From Desulfobulbus propionicus DSM 2032 (GTDB lineage Bacteria; Desulfobacterota; Desulfobulbia; Desulfobulbales; Desulfobulbaceae): a DNA stretch of 32,000 nucleotides. Shown here piece by piece: positions 1-8,934 of the stretch. The number at the start of each line of letters is the position of its first letter. Position 1 is the first letter of the stretch. The stretch covers positions 2,730,001 through 2,762,000 of the forward strand of contig NC_014972.1 in assembly GCF_000186885.1 (NCBI RefSeq), written 5' to 3'. The notes beneath the pieces were generated by a model. That model was not told where the DNA came from. It did no database searches and saw only the letters and a list, made by a program, of their open reading frames with translations. Both the position numbers and the translations under genes were made by a program.

Positions 1-1
1 G

Positions 2-436
2 CCGCCGCCGATCATGGACAAGCTGGTGATCGCCAAACAGGCAGCGGACCTGCACACCGACTATCTGGCGCAGCGCATCCTCTACCGATTCCTCTGCGAC
101 AACGACATTGATGCCCATATCGCCACCATCATCCGCCAGTACGGCAAACAGAAGGAGGCGATGATCAGCGCGATCAAAGACTCCTTTCCCGCCGGGGTGC
201 AGTCCACCAACCCGGAGGGCGGCATGTTTCTCTGGGTCACCCTGCCCGAAGGAATCTCGTCGATGGCCCTGTTCGAGGCGGCCATCAAGAAAAAGGTTGC
301 CTTTGTGCCGGGAACCCCTTTCTATGTGGACCGCAAGGACAGCAATACCCTACGCCTGAACTTTTCCTGCTCGGATGAACCGACCATCGTCGAGGGGATC
401 AAACGTTTGGGCCAATCCATCAAGGAACTTTTGTAA
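2..436 (+). CDS. PLP-dependent aminotransferase (MocR/LysN/2-aminoadipate aminotransferase-like), C-terminal part; the 5' end lies outside the window
   Basis: Open frame runs in from the left edge; C-terminal motifs 'NPEGGMFLWVTLPEG', 'VAFVPGTPFY' and 'NTLRLNFSCSDEPTIVEGIKRLG' are typical of class I/II aminotransferases. Confidence 0.85.
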   Translation, partial: PPPIMDKLVIAKQAADLHTDYLAQRILYRFLCDNDIDAHIATIIRQYGKQKEAMISAIKDSFPAGVQSTNPEGGMFLWVTLPEGISSMALFEAAIKKKVAFVPGTPFYVDRKDSNTLRLNFSCSDEPTIVEGIKRLGQSIKELL

Positions 437-454
437 AAAAGAAAGGAGGCATCC

Positions 455-817
455 ATGTTCACCACCAAGAAAATAGCCTGCACCTGCACTGCCCTGGCCC
501 TCTGTGCCGTGATGCTTTTCGGCTGCGGCGAGGATCAGGAGAAAAAAACGGAGAAAAAAGATGTAACCGTCCAACAGCAGCTGGGCAAGGACGCGGCGCA
601 AAGCGTGCAACAACCGCTGGAAGACGCGCGCAAGGCAGCTGAGCAGGCAGGAGAAAAGGCCACGCAGGTGATCGACAGCGCTGCGGAAAAAACAAAGGAA
701 GCGGTCAATGAGACCGTGAAGCAGGCCGATCAGGTGATCGAGGCTGCGGCCGAAAAGGCCAAAGAGGCTGCCCAGGAAACAGAGGGCAAAGAGAAGAAAA
801 AGCTGGAAGGCTGCTAA
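455..817 (+). CDS. Small predicted lipoprotein with Ala/Glu/Lys-rich amphipathic helical body
   Basis: 120 aa; signal peptide and lipobox 'ALCAVMLFGC'; AGGAGG-like RBS (gaaaggaggc) upstream; body 'AAEKTKEAVNETVKQADQVIEAAAEKAKEAAQET'. Confidence 0.75.
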   Translation: MFTTKKIACTCTALALCAVMLFGCGEDQEKKTEKKDVTVQQQLGKDAAQSVQQPLEDARKAAEQAGEKATQVIDSAAEKTKEAVNETVKQADQVIEAAAEKAKEAAQETEGKEKKKLEGC

Positions 818-824
818 GCGGCAT

Positions 825-855
825 AAAAAAAGGGATGCGTCCTGGACGCATCCCT
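825..855 (-). terminator. Rho-independent terminator for the dnaJ-like gene
   Basis: AGGGATGCGTC-CTG-GACGCATCCCT perfect stem (831-855); A-run at 825-831 gives a U-tract on minus-strand RNA; about 47 nt past the stop at 902. Confidence 0.85.
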
Positions 856-901
856 GCACTGCACCCTGACGGCGAGCCGGTTCCCCGCCTCACCGTATCT
901 T

Positions 902-1846
902 TTACAAACCAACCGCAGCCAATCCCTTGACCGCTTCTTCCTGCTCCGAGGACAGGGTTTTGGGAATACGGACCGCTATTTTCACCAACAGATCACCGCG
1001 ATGGCCGATGGGGCCGGTGGGCAGGCCATGCCCCTTGATCCGCAGCTTGGCCTCCTGTTGCACGCCGGCCGGCACCTTGACGTTGAATTTCTTGCCGTCC
1101 AGGGTGGTCACCTCGATGGTGGTTCCCAGGCAGGCCTCGCTGAACGGAATGCGATGTTCGACCACCAGGTCTTCTTCAGCTCGCTGAAACACCGGATGCT
1201 CGGCCACATGCACCTTGAGGTACAGATCTCCGGCCGGGCCGCCCGACGAGGAGGGCGCCCCCTTGCCGGACAGCCGTAATCGCTTGCCGTCCTCAATCCC
1301 CTTGGGGATCTTGACCGAAACATTCTGGGGCTGCCCGCCCTGACGCAGACTGATGGTCTTTTCCGCCCCATGGAGCACATCCTCCAGGGTGACGGTCATC
1401 TCGTAGGTGAGGTCGCTGCCCTTGACCGGTTGCGGACCGCAACCGCCGCAACCGCCGCGCATCCCCCCCTGTCCGAACAGGTTGTCGAACGGCGAACCGC
1501 CGCCTGCGCCACGAAAGCCGCTGGTATGAAAGGCTCCGCCACCGCTGCGGAACCCGCCGCCAAAGCCAAACTGGCGGAGAATATCGTTGAGATCGAAATT
1601 GCGGAAGATGTCTTCCTGGGAATAGCGCTGCTTGAATCCGGTTGAACCGAAGGTGTCGTACTGCTGCCGTTTCTCCGGATCAGAGAGTACCGCATAGGCC
1701 TCGCTGATCTCCTTGAACTTTTCCTCGGCCTGCTTGTCGCCGGGGTTCTTGTCTGGATGGTATTTGAGGGCCAATTTGCGGTAGGCCTTTTTTATCTCGT
1801 CGGCGCTGGCTGTTTTTGCCACGCCAAGAATTTGATAATACTCCAT
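902..1846 (-). CDS. DnaJ-class co-chaperone lacking the canonical zinc-finger domain (CbpA/DnaJB type)
   Basis: N-terminal J domain '[36 protein letters not shown]' with HPD; G/F-rich linker; C-terminal substrate-binding domain. Start taken at MEYYQ instead of the upstream ORF start. Confidence 0.92.
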   Translation of the reverse strand: MEYYQILGVAKTASADEIKKAYRKLALKYHPDKNPGDKQAEEKFKEISEAYAVLSDPEKRQQYDTFGSTGFKQRYSQEDIFRNFDLNDILRQFGFGGGFRSGGGAFHTSGFRGAGGGSPFDNLFGQGGMRGGCGGCGPQPVKGSDLTYEMTVTLEDVLHGAEKTISLRQGGQPQNVSVKIPKGIEDGKRLRLSGKGAPSSSGGPAGDLYLKVHVAEHPVFQRAEEDLVVEHRIPFSEACLGTTIEVTTLDGKKFNVKVPAGVQQEAKLRIKGHGLPTGPIGHRGDLLVKIAVRIPKTLSSEQEEAVKGLAAVGL

Positions 1847-1900
1847 AAAACGCTCTTCACACAATAAAGGTTGCTCTCAAATGGGCGGCTAGTGGAGGGT

Positions 1901-1928
1901 ACTATAAGATCAAATGCGGCCTTGTCTA
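1901..1928 (-). promoter_or_regulatory. Candidate sigma70-type promoter for the dnaJ-like gene
   Basis: On the minus strand TAGACA (1928-1923), 16-bp spacer, TATAGT (1906-1901); lies between the DacB-like stop and the dnaJ-like start. Confidence 0.6.
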
Positions 1929-1948
1929 TCGAACGGCCTCGGCCGCGG

Positions 1949-3217
1949 TCATTTTTCCGCAGGCAAGCCGGTGGCCGCGCCGATACGCTGGCCGCTGACA
2001 GCTGGGCCGGACACAGCGAATCGCCGTTTGAGTCGTTCAAGTATGGCCGCCCGGTGGTTGACCTGTTGGTTGAGGAGGATGACAAAGGGCTGGCCATCGG
2101 GCAGGTAGCCGGCCAGGTTATACACGCCGGTGAGGGTCCCGGTTTTGACCGCCGTCTCCCCTTCCCTGTTCAACAGTTCGCCGTGGGGCCGAAAATGGGC
2201 AAGCAGGCGCAGCATGGTGCGGGCGGTCATCCGGTTGTCCCTCGACAGGCCAGCCCCTTCGACCTGAACGATGGCCCCGGCGCTGGATGGCCCCAGTTGC
2301 CGCACCAGTTGCTGATGCACGGCCCGCTGGCCCGCGCTCCAGGTGGCCGGGTAGCCGAACCGCTGGGCGCCGCAGGCAAGAAACAGGAGGTTGGCCATGA
2401 AGTTGGACGAATACCCCAGGGTGGAGCGGCTGATGTCGGTGAGGGTCTGCCTGCTCAGGTGGGTCAGGATGAGTCGGGCCCCCTGCGCGGGCACTGTGCG
2501 GAGACCGCCGAGGCTGTCCACGGGAATGCCTTCCTGGCGCAACAGGGCTTGGAACAATTCACCGGAGTATTGAGCCGTGCGGCGATCAGGCTCGCACCCC
2601 TGGGCGCAGATGTTGACCCGATAGCGACCGGGCGGCCGGTTTGCTCCCAGCGCACGCATGATCGCCAGGGTCGGGGTCTGGGATTCGCCGGAGACAATCC
2701 GTCCCGCCTTGTCCTTGACAAACGGCACCGCGTTGAAATTGACCGCCAGCGGCCCGACCGGGGCATCGTAGGGGTTGTCGCTATCCTCCTGCCCAGGCAC
2801 TTGGGTCTCCAAGGCAAAAGCCGAAGCATCGATGAACAGGGTCCGCACCCGCTGCAGGCCTTGCTGGCGCAATTGGGCGGCAATGACCGTGATTTCTTCG
2901 GACACCAGGGTGGGATCACCGAACCCCTTGAGAAACAGGTTGTGCTGATCATCGAGGTGCACTTCGGTGCGAAAGCGGTAATCGGGTCCGAGGAGGGACA
3001 GGGCGGCCGAGACGGTGGCGATTTTGAGCACACTGGCCGGTACCAGCGGCTGATCGAGATTGCAGGAATCGACAATGCGGCCGCTGGCGTCGGCCACGCC
3101 ATAGGCGCCCTGGGCGACCAGATCGGCCATGGCCGCGCAGGTGGCGGCGTGCCCCGCCCGCCCGCCGGCCAACAGGAGGACGACGAGCAGCAACAATGGG
3201 GGGAGAATGCGGCACAT
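1949..3217 (-). CDS. dacB: D-alanyl-D-alanine carboxypeptidase/endopeptidase, PBP4 (DacB) family
   Basis: Signal peptide 'MCRILPPLLLLVVLLLAGG'; SxxK ('SVLK'), SxN ('SSN') and 'KTGTL' catalytic motifs in order. ATG at 3217 chosen over the TTG extension to 3259. Confidence 0.88.
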   Translation of the reverse strand: MCRILPPLLLLVVLLLAGGRAGHAATCAAMADLVAQGAYGVADASGRIVDSCNLDQPLVPASVLKIATVSAALSLLGPDYRFRTEVHLDDQHNLFLKGFGDPTLVSEEITVIAAQLRQQGLQRVRTLFIDASAFALETQVPGQEDSDNPYDAPVGPLAVNFNAVPFVKDKAGRIVSGESQTPTLAIMRALGANRPPGRYRVNICAQGCEPDRRTAQYSGELFQALLRQEGIPVDSLGGLRTVPAQGARLILTHLSRQTLTDISRSTLGYSSNFMANLLFLACGAQRFGYPATWSAGQRAVHQQLVRQLGPSSAGAIVQVEGAGLSRDNRMTARTMLRLLAHFRPHGELLNREGETAVKTGTLTGVYNLAGYLPDGQPFVILLNQQVNHRAAILERLKRRFAVSGPAVSGQRIGAATGLPAEK

Positions 3218-3226
3218 TCTCCCCCC
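3198..3226 (-). promoter_or_regulatory. Predicted mRNA hairpin covering the RBS and start codon of the DacB-like gene
   Basis: GGGGGGAGAATG (3198-3209) / CGGCA / CATTCTCCCCCC (3215-3226): perfect 12-bp inverted repeat, 5-nt loop; the ATG at 3217-3215 and the G-rich Shine-Dalgarno region lie in the stem. Confidence 0.6.
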
Positions 3227-3251
3227 CTGCACTGCCTCTAACGTGTGAGAT

Positions 3252-4595
3252 TCAGCCAATCTTGGGCAGCCGGGCCAGAGCGGCCTCGATCTGTTCCTGC
3301 GGATAGGCGTAATCGCTGAGTTTACCGGTCAGATAGTTGTCGTAGGACGGCATGTCGATCACGCCGGTGCCGGACAGGTTGAAAAGGATGGTCTTCGGTT
3401 CGTTGGGATCCTTCATCGCCTCGATGATCGCCCCGCGGATGGCATGGTTGCTCTCGGGCGCCGGGATGATGCCCTCCGTGCGGGCAAAGAGAATACCGGC
3501 CTCGAAGCACTCCAGCTGATGCACGGCCTTGGGAATGACGATCCCCTCGCGGACCAGGGCGGAAACGATCGGCGCCATGCCGTGGTAACGGAGGCCGCCG
3601 GCATGGATACCCGGCGGCACGAAGTTGTGCCCGAGAGTGTACATATAGAGCAACGGCGTCATCATGGCCACATCGCCGGAGTCGTAGGCCAGCTTGCCGC
3701 CGGTCATCGACGGGCAGGAGGCCGGCTCGTACCCGTGGAACTCGATCTTTTTCCCCTCGAGGTAATCGGGCACGAACGGCGCCACCAAACCGGCGAAATT
3801 CGAGCCGCCACCACAACAGCCTATGACCACGTCGGGAAACTCGCCAGCGATCTCCATCTGCCTCTTGGCCTCCAGGCCGACGATCGACTGGTGCAGCACT
3901 ACATGGTTGAGCACCGAGCCCAAGGCGTAGTTGGTGTCGCTGCGGCTGGAAGCGTCCTCAAGAGCTTCGGAGATGGCCATGCCCAGCGAGCCCGGGGTGT
4001 CCGGATCGCTGGTCAGGATCTCGCGGCCGGTTTTGGTGTCCATGCTCGGGCTGGCCACCACCTCGCCGCCGTAGGCCTGCATGATGAATTTGCGGTAGGG
4101 TTTCTGGTCATAGGAAACCCGCACCATGTACACCTTGCACTCCATGCCGAATTTGGAAGTGGCGAGCGACAGCGCAGACCCCCACTGGCCGGCGCCGGTT
4201 TCCGTGGTCAGTCGCTTGACGCCTTCCCGCTTGTTGTAGTAGGCCTGGGCCACGGCGGAATTGGGTTTGTGACTGCCCACCGGACTGACGCTTTCGTTCT
4301 TGAAAAAGATCTTGGCCTTGGTGCCGAGGGCTTCCTCCAGTTTGGTGGCGCGAACCAGGGGCGAGGGGCGCCAGATCTTGTAGACCTCCAGAACCTCCTG
4401 CGGAATGTCGATGAACCGCTCCTGGCTCATTTCCTGTTCCAAAAGGCTCATGGGAAACACGGTGGCCAGCTTTTCCGGGCCGATAGGCTGGAGGGTCTCG
4501 GGGTCCAGGGGAGGCAGCAGGCCGTTGGGGATGTCAGGGACCACATTGTACCATCTGGTCGGCATCTCGTCTTCGCGCAGCACAATCTTCTTCAT
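3252..4595 (-). CDS. trpB: TrpB2-type tryptophan synthase beta subunit / PLP-dependent TrpB-like enzyme
   Basis: 447 aa; '[70 protein letters not shown]' and '[12 protein letters not shown]'; RBS GAAGGAG upstream. Confidence 0.93.
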   Translation of the reverse strand: MKKIVLREDEMPTRWYNVVPDIPNGLLPPLDPETLQPIGPEKLATVFPMSLLEQEMSQERFIDIPQEVLEVYKIWRPSPLVRATKLEEALGTKAKIFFKNESVSPVGSHKPNSAVAQAYYNKREGVKRLTTETGAGQWGSALSLATSKFGMECKVYMVRVSYDQKPYRKFIMQAYGGEVVASPSMDTKTGREILTSDPDTPGSLGMAISEALEDASSRSDTNYALGSVLNHVVLHQSIVGLEAKRQMEIAGEFPDVVIGCCGGGSNFAGLVAPFVPDYLEGKKIEFHGYEPASCPSMTGGKLAYDSGDVAMMTPLLYMYTLGHNFVPPGIHAGGLRYHGMAPIVSALVREGIVIPKAVHQLECFEAGILFARTEGIIPAPESNHAIRGAIIEAMKDPNEPKTILFNLSGTGVIDMPSYDNYLTGKLSDYAYPQEQIEAALARLPKIG

Positions 4596-4752
4596 ATTTT
4601 CTCCTTCGTTAATGGCAGATGGTTAAAGGAAATCCCACGTCTGATTCGGGCAAACGCCGACTCCCTTGCAATCGTTGGCATCAGCTCGCTGCGGCCGCTC
4701 TTCCGCCGCGCGCGCATCAGTGGGCTGTATCTACCGTACTCCTGCAAAATTC

Positions 4753-7293
4753 TCAAGATGGAGCGACCATTTCCTGGACCCCGGTCTTGATTATCCGTGC
4801 CAACAAGGCCTCACGCGCGGGCAAGCCGAGCACCTTTTCTAACACCTCGCGGGGATTGGTTCCCGGCTGGCCCTGATGACCGAGCAGGTCGAGCCGCAGG
4901 GTTGCGTCGGTCAATTCCAGGCGCGCGACCAGAGGGCGCAGGTCCAGCTCCTTGTGCCGGTTCTTGCGGAAGCGATCGATGACAAAGGTGTTCCGACCGA
5001 GAAAATCGGCCATTCGCTGGCCGAGGTCGGCCGGCCATAGCTGGGTTTGGATGGTGTAGCTGGTGATGCTGCATGCGGCCACACCACGGGGCGCCAGGCT
5101 AATGCCGGTCACTCGGATGGTTTCGGGGAGCTGACTGTTGAGCAAGGCCACGGTATCGTCCATCGAGGCCAGCGGTTGGGATAGGTCCATGTCAAAGAAT
5201 TCGGCCAGACTCTCCACCCCGACCGGCAGGGCCTGGCTGAACGAAACCCGGGGCGTGGGGTTGAAACCGCTGGAAAACAGCAGCGGCAATCCGGCCCGCT
5301 GCAGGGTGCGAAACACCAATTGTAAAAGTTCCAGGTGGCCGTAAAAGCGGCTGTCGCCCAGACGTGCATAGGAGACCCGGTAGCTGTACCCTTGCGGCGG
5401 TTGCCTGTTTTCCTGCCTCACGGATGGCACGGCAGGGGCAGGCTCGCGGGCCGGCCGGGAATGCACCACCGGACGCACGGTTTTGAAATCACACAGACCG
5501 CAGCCCTGGCAGCCCTGATTGCGGCAATCCGGGGTATACTCGCGGCGCAGAGCCTTGGTGTATTCGCTTTCAAGGAAGGAACGGTCCACCCCGCTGTGCA
5601 GGTGCTCCCAGGGCAGGGTTTCGGTCAACTCCCGCCGACGCAGATACTCGTCGAGCTCAAGGCCGCATTTGGCGGCAGCCTGCTGCCACCGTTCAAGGTT
5701 GAAATGTTCGGACCAGCTGTCCAGGCGGGCGCCATCCAGCCAAGCGGTTTCCAGCAGCAGTGACAGCCTGCGGTCCCCACGGGCAAACACGCCTTCGAGA
5801 AAGGATTGCTCCGGATCGTGCCATTTGAGTTTGTATCCCTGGCGGGGCAGCAACTGCTTGAGGCGGTTGATCCGTTGCTTGGATTCTTCGAGGCTCAGCT
5901 GCCCCTCCCATTGGAAGGGCGTATGCGGCTTGGGCACGAAGGTGGCCACGCCGAGATTGACCTGGACCGGCCGTCCCTTGCCCTGACCGACCTGGGCGCG
6001 GGCCTTTTTCGCCAAGGCAATGATCCCGTCGACATCGTCCTCGGTTTCGGTGGGCAACCCGACCATGAAATAGAGTTTGATCAGCTTCCAGCCCAGCGCA
6101 AAGGCGTCGCGACAGGTGGCCAACAGATCCTGTTCGCTGATGCCCTTGTTGATCACCTCACGCAGCCGGTCGGTGCCCGCCTCCGGGGCCACGGTGAAAC
6201 CGGTTTTTCTGACACGTTTGATCTGTTCCATGATTTCTGGCGTCAAAGTTCCGACTCGCATCGACGGCATGGACACCGACACGAAATCGTCGGCAAAACG
6301 GTCCATGAGCGCTCCCATTAGTTCCGCCAAACAGGAGAAGTCTCCGGTGGACAGGCTAAGCAGGGCCAGTTCCTCAAACCCGGAGTGGGCGATTCCCTGG
6401 TTGGCCAGTTCCATGATCTCTTCCAGGGTCCGTTCGCGCACCGGGCGGTAGGTCATGCCGGCTTGGCAGAAACGGCAGCCACGGGTGCAGCCGCGGGCGA
6501 TCTCCACTCCCAGCCGGTCGTGCACCGGATTGACCACCGGCACCAGGGGACGATGCAGATACGGGGCGCTCCCCATTCGGGGCAGCACCCGTTTGCGGAC
6601 CAGCGGATACTGGGGTTGCAGGGCGTCGATGCGGGTCAACCGGCCATGCTGGTATTGGGGGGCAAAAAAGGCAGGCACATAGACCCCGGCGATTCGGGCC
6701 AACTGGTCAAGCACCGTTGTCCGCGCCCACCGCTCGTTTTTGGCGCGCAGCAGCAACTCACCGATTTCCACGATGATCTCTTCGCCGTCGCCAAGAACAA
6801 TGGCATCGAAAAATTCGGCCACCGGTTCGGGATTGAGCGAACAGGGACCGCCGCCGAGCACCAGGGGATGGGCCTCGGTGCGCATGGCGGCCCGCAGGGG
6901 CAGGCCGGCCAGATCAAGCACGGTCAGAATGTTGGTATAGCAGAGCTCATAGGGCAGAGTGATCCCGAGGACGTCATAGCGGGACAGCGGAGCTTTGGCT
7001 TCCAGGGAAAAGAGCTCCATCCCCTGGGCGCGCAGTTCCTTTTCCATGTCCACATCGGGCACATAGGCGCGATGGGCGATGAACCGTTCATCGCCATTGA
7101 GAATGTGATAGAGAATCTGTAGGCCCTGGTGGGACATGCCGATTTCATAGAGATCGGGAAAGATCAGGCAAACATTCAGGCAAGCGGCATCAAGGCGGCC
7201 GTTGACCGCATGCAGCTCGCCGCCGACATATTGACCCGGTTTGCGTACCAGGGGAAGGATTCGATCAAGATCGATGGAAGCGGATACAACCAT
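4753..7293 (-). CDS. Radical SAM protein (TIGR03960-like, with B12-binding-like N-terminus) fused to a DUF2344-like C-terminal domain
   Basis: 846 aa; radical SAM motif 'GCTRGCRFCQAG'; additional Cys cluster 'CRNQGCQGCGLCDF'; C-terminal 'YRVSYARLGDSRFYGHLELLQLVFRTLQRAGLPLLFSSGFNPTPRVSF' typical of DUF2344. Confidence 0.9.
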   Translation of the reverse strand: MVVSASIDLDRILPLVRKPGQYVGGELHAVNGRLDAACLNVCLIFPDLYEIGMSHQGLQILYHILNGDERFIAHRAYVPDVDMEKELRAQGMELFSLEAKAPLSRYDVLGITLPYELCYTNILTVLDLAGLPLRAAMRTEAHPLVLGGGPCSLNPEPVAEFFDAIVLGDGEEIIVEIGELLLRAKNERWARTTVLDQLARIAGVYVPAFFAPQYQHGRLTRIDALQPQYPLVRKRVLPRMGSAPYLHRPLVPVVNPVHDRLGVEIARGCTRGCRFCQAGMTYRPVRERTLEEIMELANQGIAHSGFEELALLSLSTGDFSCLAELMGALMDRFADDFVSVSMPSMRVGTLTPEIMEQIKRVRKTGFTVAPEAGTDRLREVINKGISEQDLLATCRDAFALGWKLIKLYFMVGLPTETEDDVDGIIALAKKARAQVGQGKGRPVQVNLGVATFVPKPHTPFQWEGQLSLEESKQRINRLKQLLPRQGYKLKWHDPEQSFLEGVFARGDRRLSLLLETAWLDGARLDSWSEHFNLERWQQAAAKCGLELDEYLRRRELTETLPWEHLHSGVDRSFLESEYTKALRREYTPDCRNQGCQGCGLCDFKTVRPVVHSRPAREPAPAVPSVRQENRQPPQGYSYRVSYARLGDSRFYGHLELLQLVFRTLQRAGLPLLFSSGFNPTPRVSFSQALPVGVESLAEFFDMDLSQPLASMDDTVALLNSQLPETIRVTGISLAPRGVAACSITSYTIQTQLWPADLGQRMADFLGRNTFVIDRFRKNRHKELDLRPLVARLELTDATLRLDLLGHQGQPGTNPREVLEKVLGLPAREALLARIIKTGVQEMVAPS

Positions 7294-7336
7294 TTGTTTT
7301 CTGTACGTTAAAAGAGAAAAAAAGAGGAAAAAGGTT

Positions 7337-7375
7337 GATAATCAGTTACAAAGACATGATTTTTGACTGATTATC
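7337..7375. repeat. Inverted repeat in the divergent intergenic region, possible regulator-binding site
   Basis: GATAATCAGT (7337-7346), 19-nt spacer, ACTGATTATC (7366-7375); perfect 10-bp arms. Confidence 0.6.
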
Positions 7376-7451
7376 CATCTCGGACCGCAGCCAGGCCGGA
7401 GGTGGCTCCACGACAGGGGGCCGCATGGTGCCAGTCAAGAAAATGACAAAA

Positions 7452-7468
7452 CAGGCACTTAAATTGCT
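7452..7468 (+). promoter_or_regulatory. Candidate sigma-54 (-24/-12) promoter upstream of the AMIN-domain gene
   Basis: cAGGCACttaaaTTGCT; GG at 7454-7455 and GC at 7466-7467 with exactly 10 nt between; compare consensus TGGCACG-N4-TTGCW. Confidence 0.5.
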
Positions 7469-7536
7469 TATAGCATTTCAGCCCCTGACGGGCCGTTGTC
7501 ACGCTTCTCCCTCTCACCGAACCGCCGGAAAGAACC

Positions 7537-8931
7537 ATGAAAAAAAATATTGTTGCCCGTGCCGCGCACACGCTGTTTGTCTTCCTGTTCACCGTTGGAC
7601 TGGCCATGGCCGAGGATGCCCCGCAGCTGCAGAAGCTCAAGCATTCGGTGCTTTCTCCGTCAAGCGAACAGGTGGTGCTGCAACTCAACGGCTCCTATAG
7701 CCCAAATGTCTTTACTTTGAAAGGCGAAACGCCCCGGGTGATTTTTGATTTTGCCGACATGACCCATTCCCGGGAGGTGAAAAGCATCACCACCAAGGGG
7801 GCGATCGTCAAACGGGTGCGGGTGGGCATGCACGGCGATGAGACCCCCAAGACGCGCATCGTCTTTGATGTCGCCACCTTGAAGGATGTCACCTACACCC
7901 AGTCCTTTGACGAGGCGACCTCGACCCTGACCATCCATTTCACCCGCCCGGCAAAGACGATTGACAGCAAGAAAACCGTGGCCCAGCGGAACGAGGACAA
8001 GCCGGCCGCTGAACCAGCAACCACCACGGCCGAGCCCGCCGCCAGCGGCCAACCGCCGGCAACGGTTGACACAGCGGTGTCCGGGCCGTCACCTCGCACA
8101 CCGGCCAGCACCGAGGGGCCAGCGCCAAAGGCGGCGGAACAGGTCGCCCAGCCTTCTCGACCATCCGAGCAGACCACTCAGCAGCAATCGGCCAGCAGCC
8201 CATCCCAAGGTGAGGCCCCGGCAGCGCAGACAGTTGGCGCCGAGCCGGTCGCCTCACCAGCCCCTTCCAAGGACCAGCCATCTCCCGCACCGGCCAAGGA
8301 GACTCCTCCCGCGACGGAGGCGGCAGCGCAAAAGCCGGTCGAACAATCGCAAGCCGCCGTTCCGGCACCGCCGCAAACAGCCACGGCCCCACCAGCGGCC
8401 GCCCCCACACAGCCTGCGGCCAAGGACGACGCCACGAAAACGTCCGTCCCAGGGAAAGAGGCACAAAAACAGGAGGAAAGCGCGGCGAAAAAAGAACAGC
8501 CCGTCGAGACGACGCCTATCACGGCACAGCCGGCCGTCAAGCCCGAAGCGGAACACGCTGCTGCTCCGGCACAAACCGAGGAACCGCCCCGGCTGGAGTA
8601 TGTCAAGTTTGACGCCACCTCACCCAAAGGCGAGATGGTGCTGTTCAAACTGAACGGTTTTCATCCCCCCGCCGTGCATGGGGTTGAAGAGGGTATCCCC
8701 AGGGTCATTTGCGATTTCAACAACACCAAGCTGATCGACTCGGGAAAAGGGAAAAACACCATCAAGACAAACGGTAAGTTTGTCAAGGTCATCCGGACGT
8801 CCACAACCAAGAAGCCGGAAAAAGTACGGGTGGTGATTGATCTGGAACCCAACCGCAGCTACGATCTGCAACAGGTGTTCTTCAAGGAGGACAACCTGTT
8901 CGTGATCATTGTCAACACCATGAAAAAATAA
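7537..8931 (+). CDS. Secreted protein with N- and C-terminal AMIN-like domains flanking a Pro/Ala/Gln/Glu-rich linker
   Basis: 464 aa; signal peptide 'MKKNIVARAAHTLFVFLFTVGLAMA'; N-terminal '...FTLKGETPRVIFDFADMTHSREVKSI' and C-terminal '...GVEEGIPRVICDFNNTKLIDSGKGK' share the AMIN-like PRVIxDF core. Confidence 0.8.
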   Translation: MKKNIVARAAHTLFVFLFTVGLAMAEDAPQLQKLKHSVLSPSSEQVVLQLNGSYSPNVFTLKGETPRVIFDFADMTHSREVKSITTKGAIVKRVRVGMHGDETPKTRIVFDVATLKDVTYTQSFDEATSTLTIHFTRPAKTIDSKKTVAQRNEDKPAAEPATTTAEPAASGQPPATVDTAVSGPSPRTPASTEGPAPKAAEQVAQPSRPSEQTTQQQSASSPSQGEAPAAQTVGAEPVASPAPSKDQPSPAPAKETPPATEAAAQKPVEQSQAAVPAPPQTATAPPAAAPTQPAAKDDATKTSVPGKEAQKQEESAAKKEQPVETTPITAQPAVKPEAEHAAAPAQTEEPPRLEYVKFDATSPKGEMVLFKLNGFHPPAVHGVEEGIPRVICDFNNTKLIDSGKGKNTIKTNGKFVKVIRTSTTKKPEKVRVVIDLEPNRSYDLQQVFFKEDNLFVIIVNTMKK

Positions 8932-8934
8932 GGC

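Noticed and set aside
1871-4790. Plus-strand ORFs 1871-3241 (456 aa) and 3444-4790 (448 aa)
   Set aside because: Opposite the DacB-like and TrpB2-like genes, which have complete catalytic motifs. One shadow ORF also covers a candidate minus-strand promoter, consistent with non-coding on that strand.
7961-8653. 230-aa overlapping plus-frame ORF rich in Arg/Pro within the AMIN gene linker
   Set aside because: Frame-shifted reading of a Pro/Ala/Gln-rich low-complexity linker; no RBS or domain support and composition explained by the main frame.
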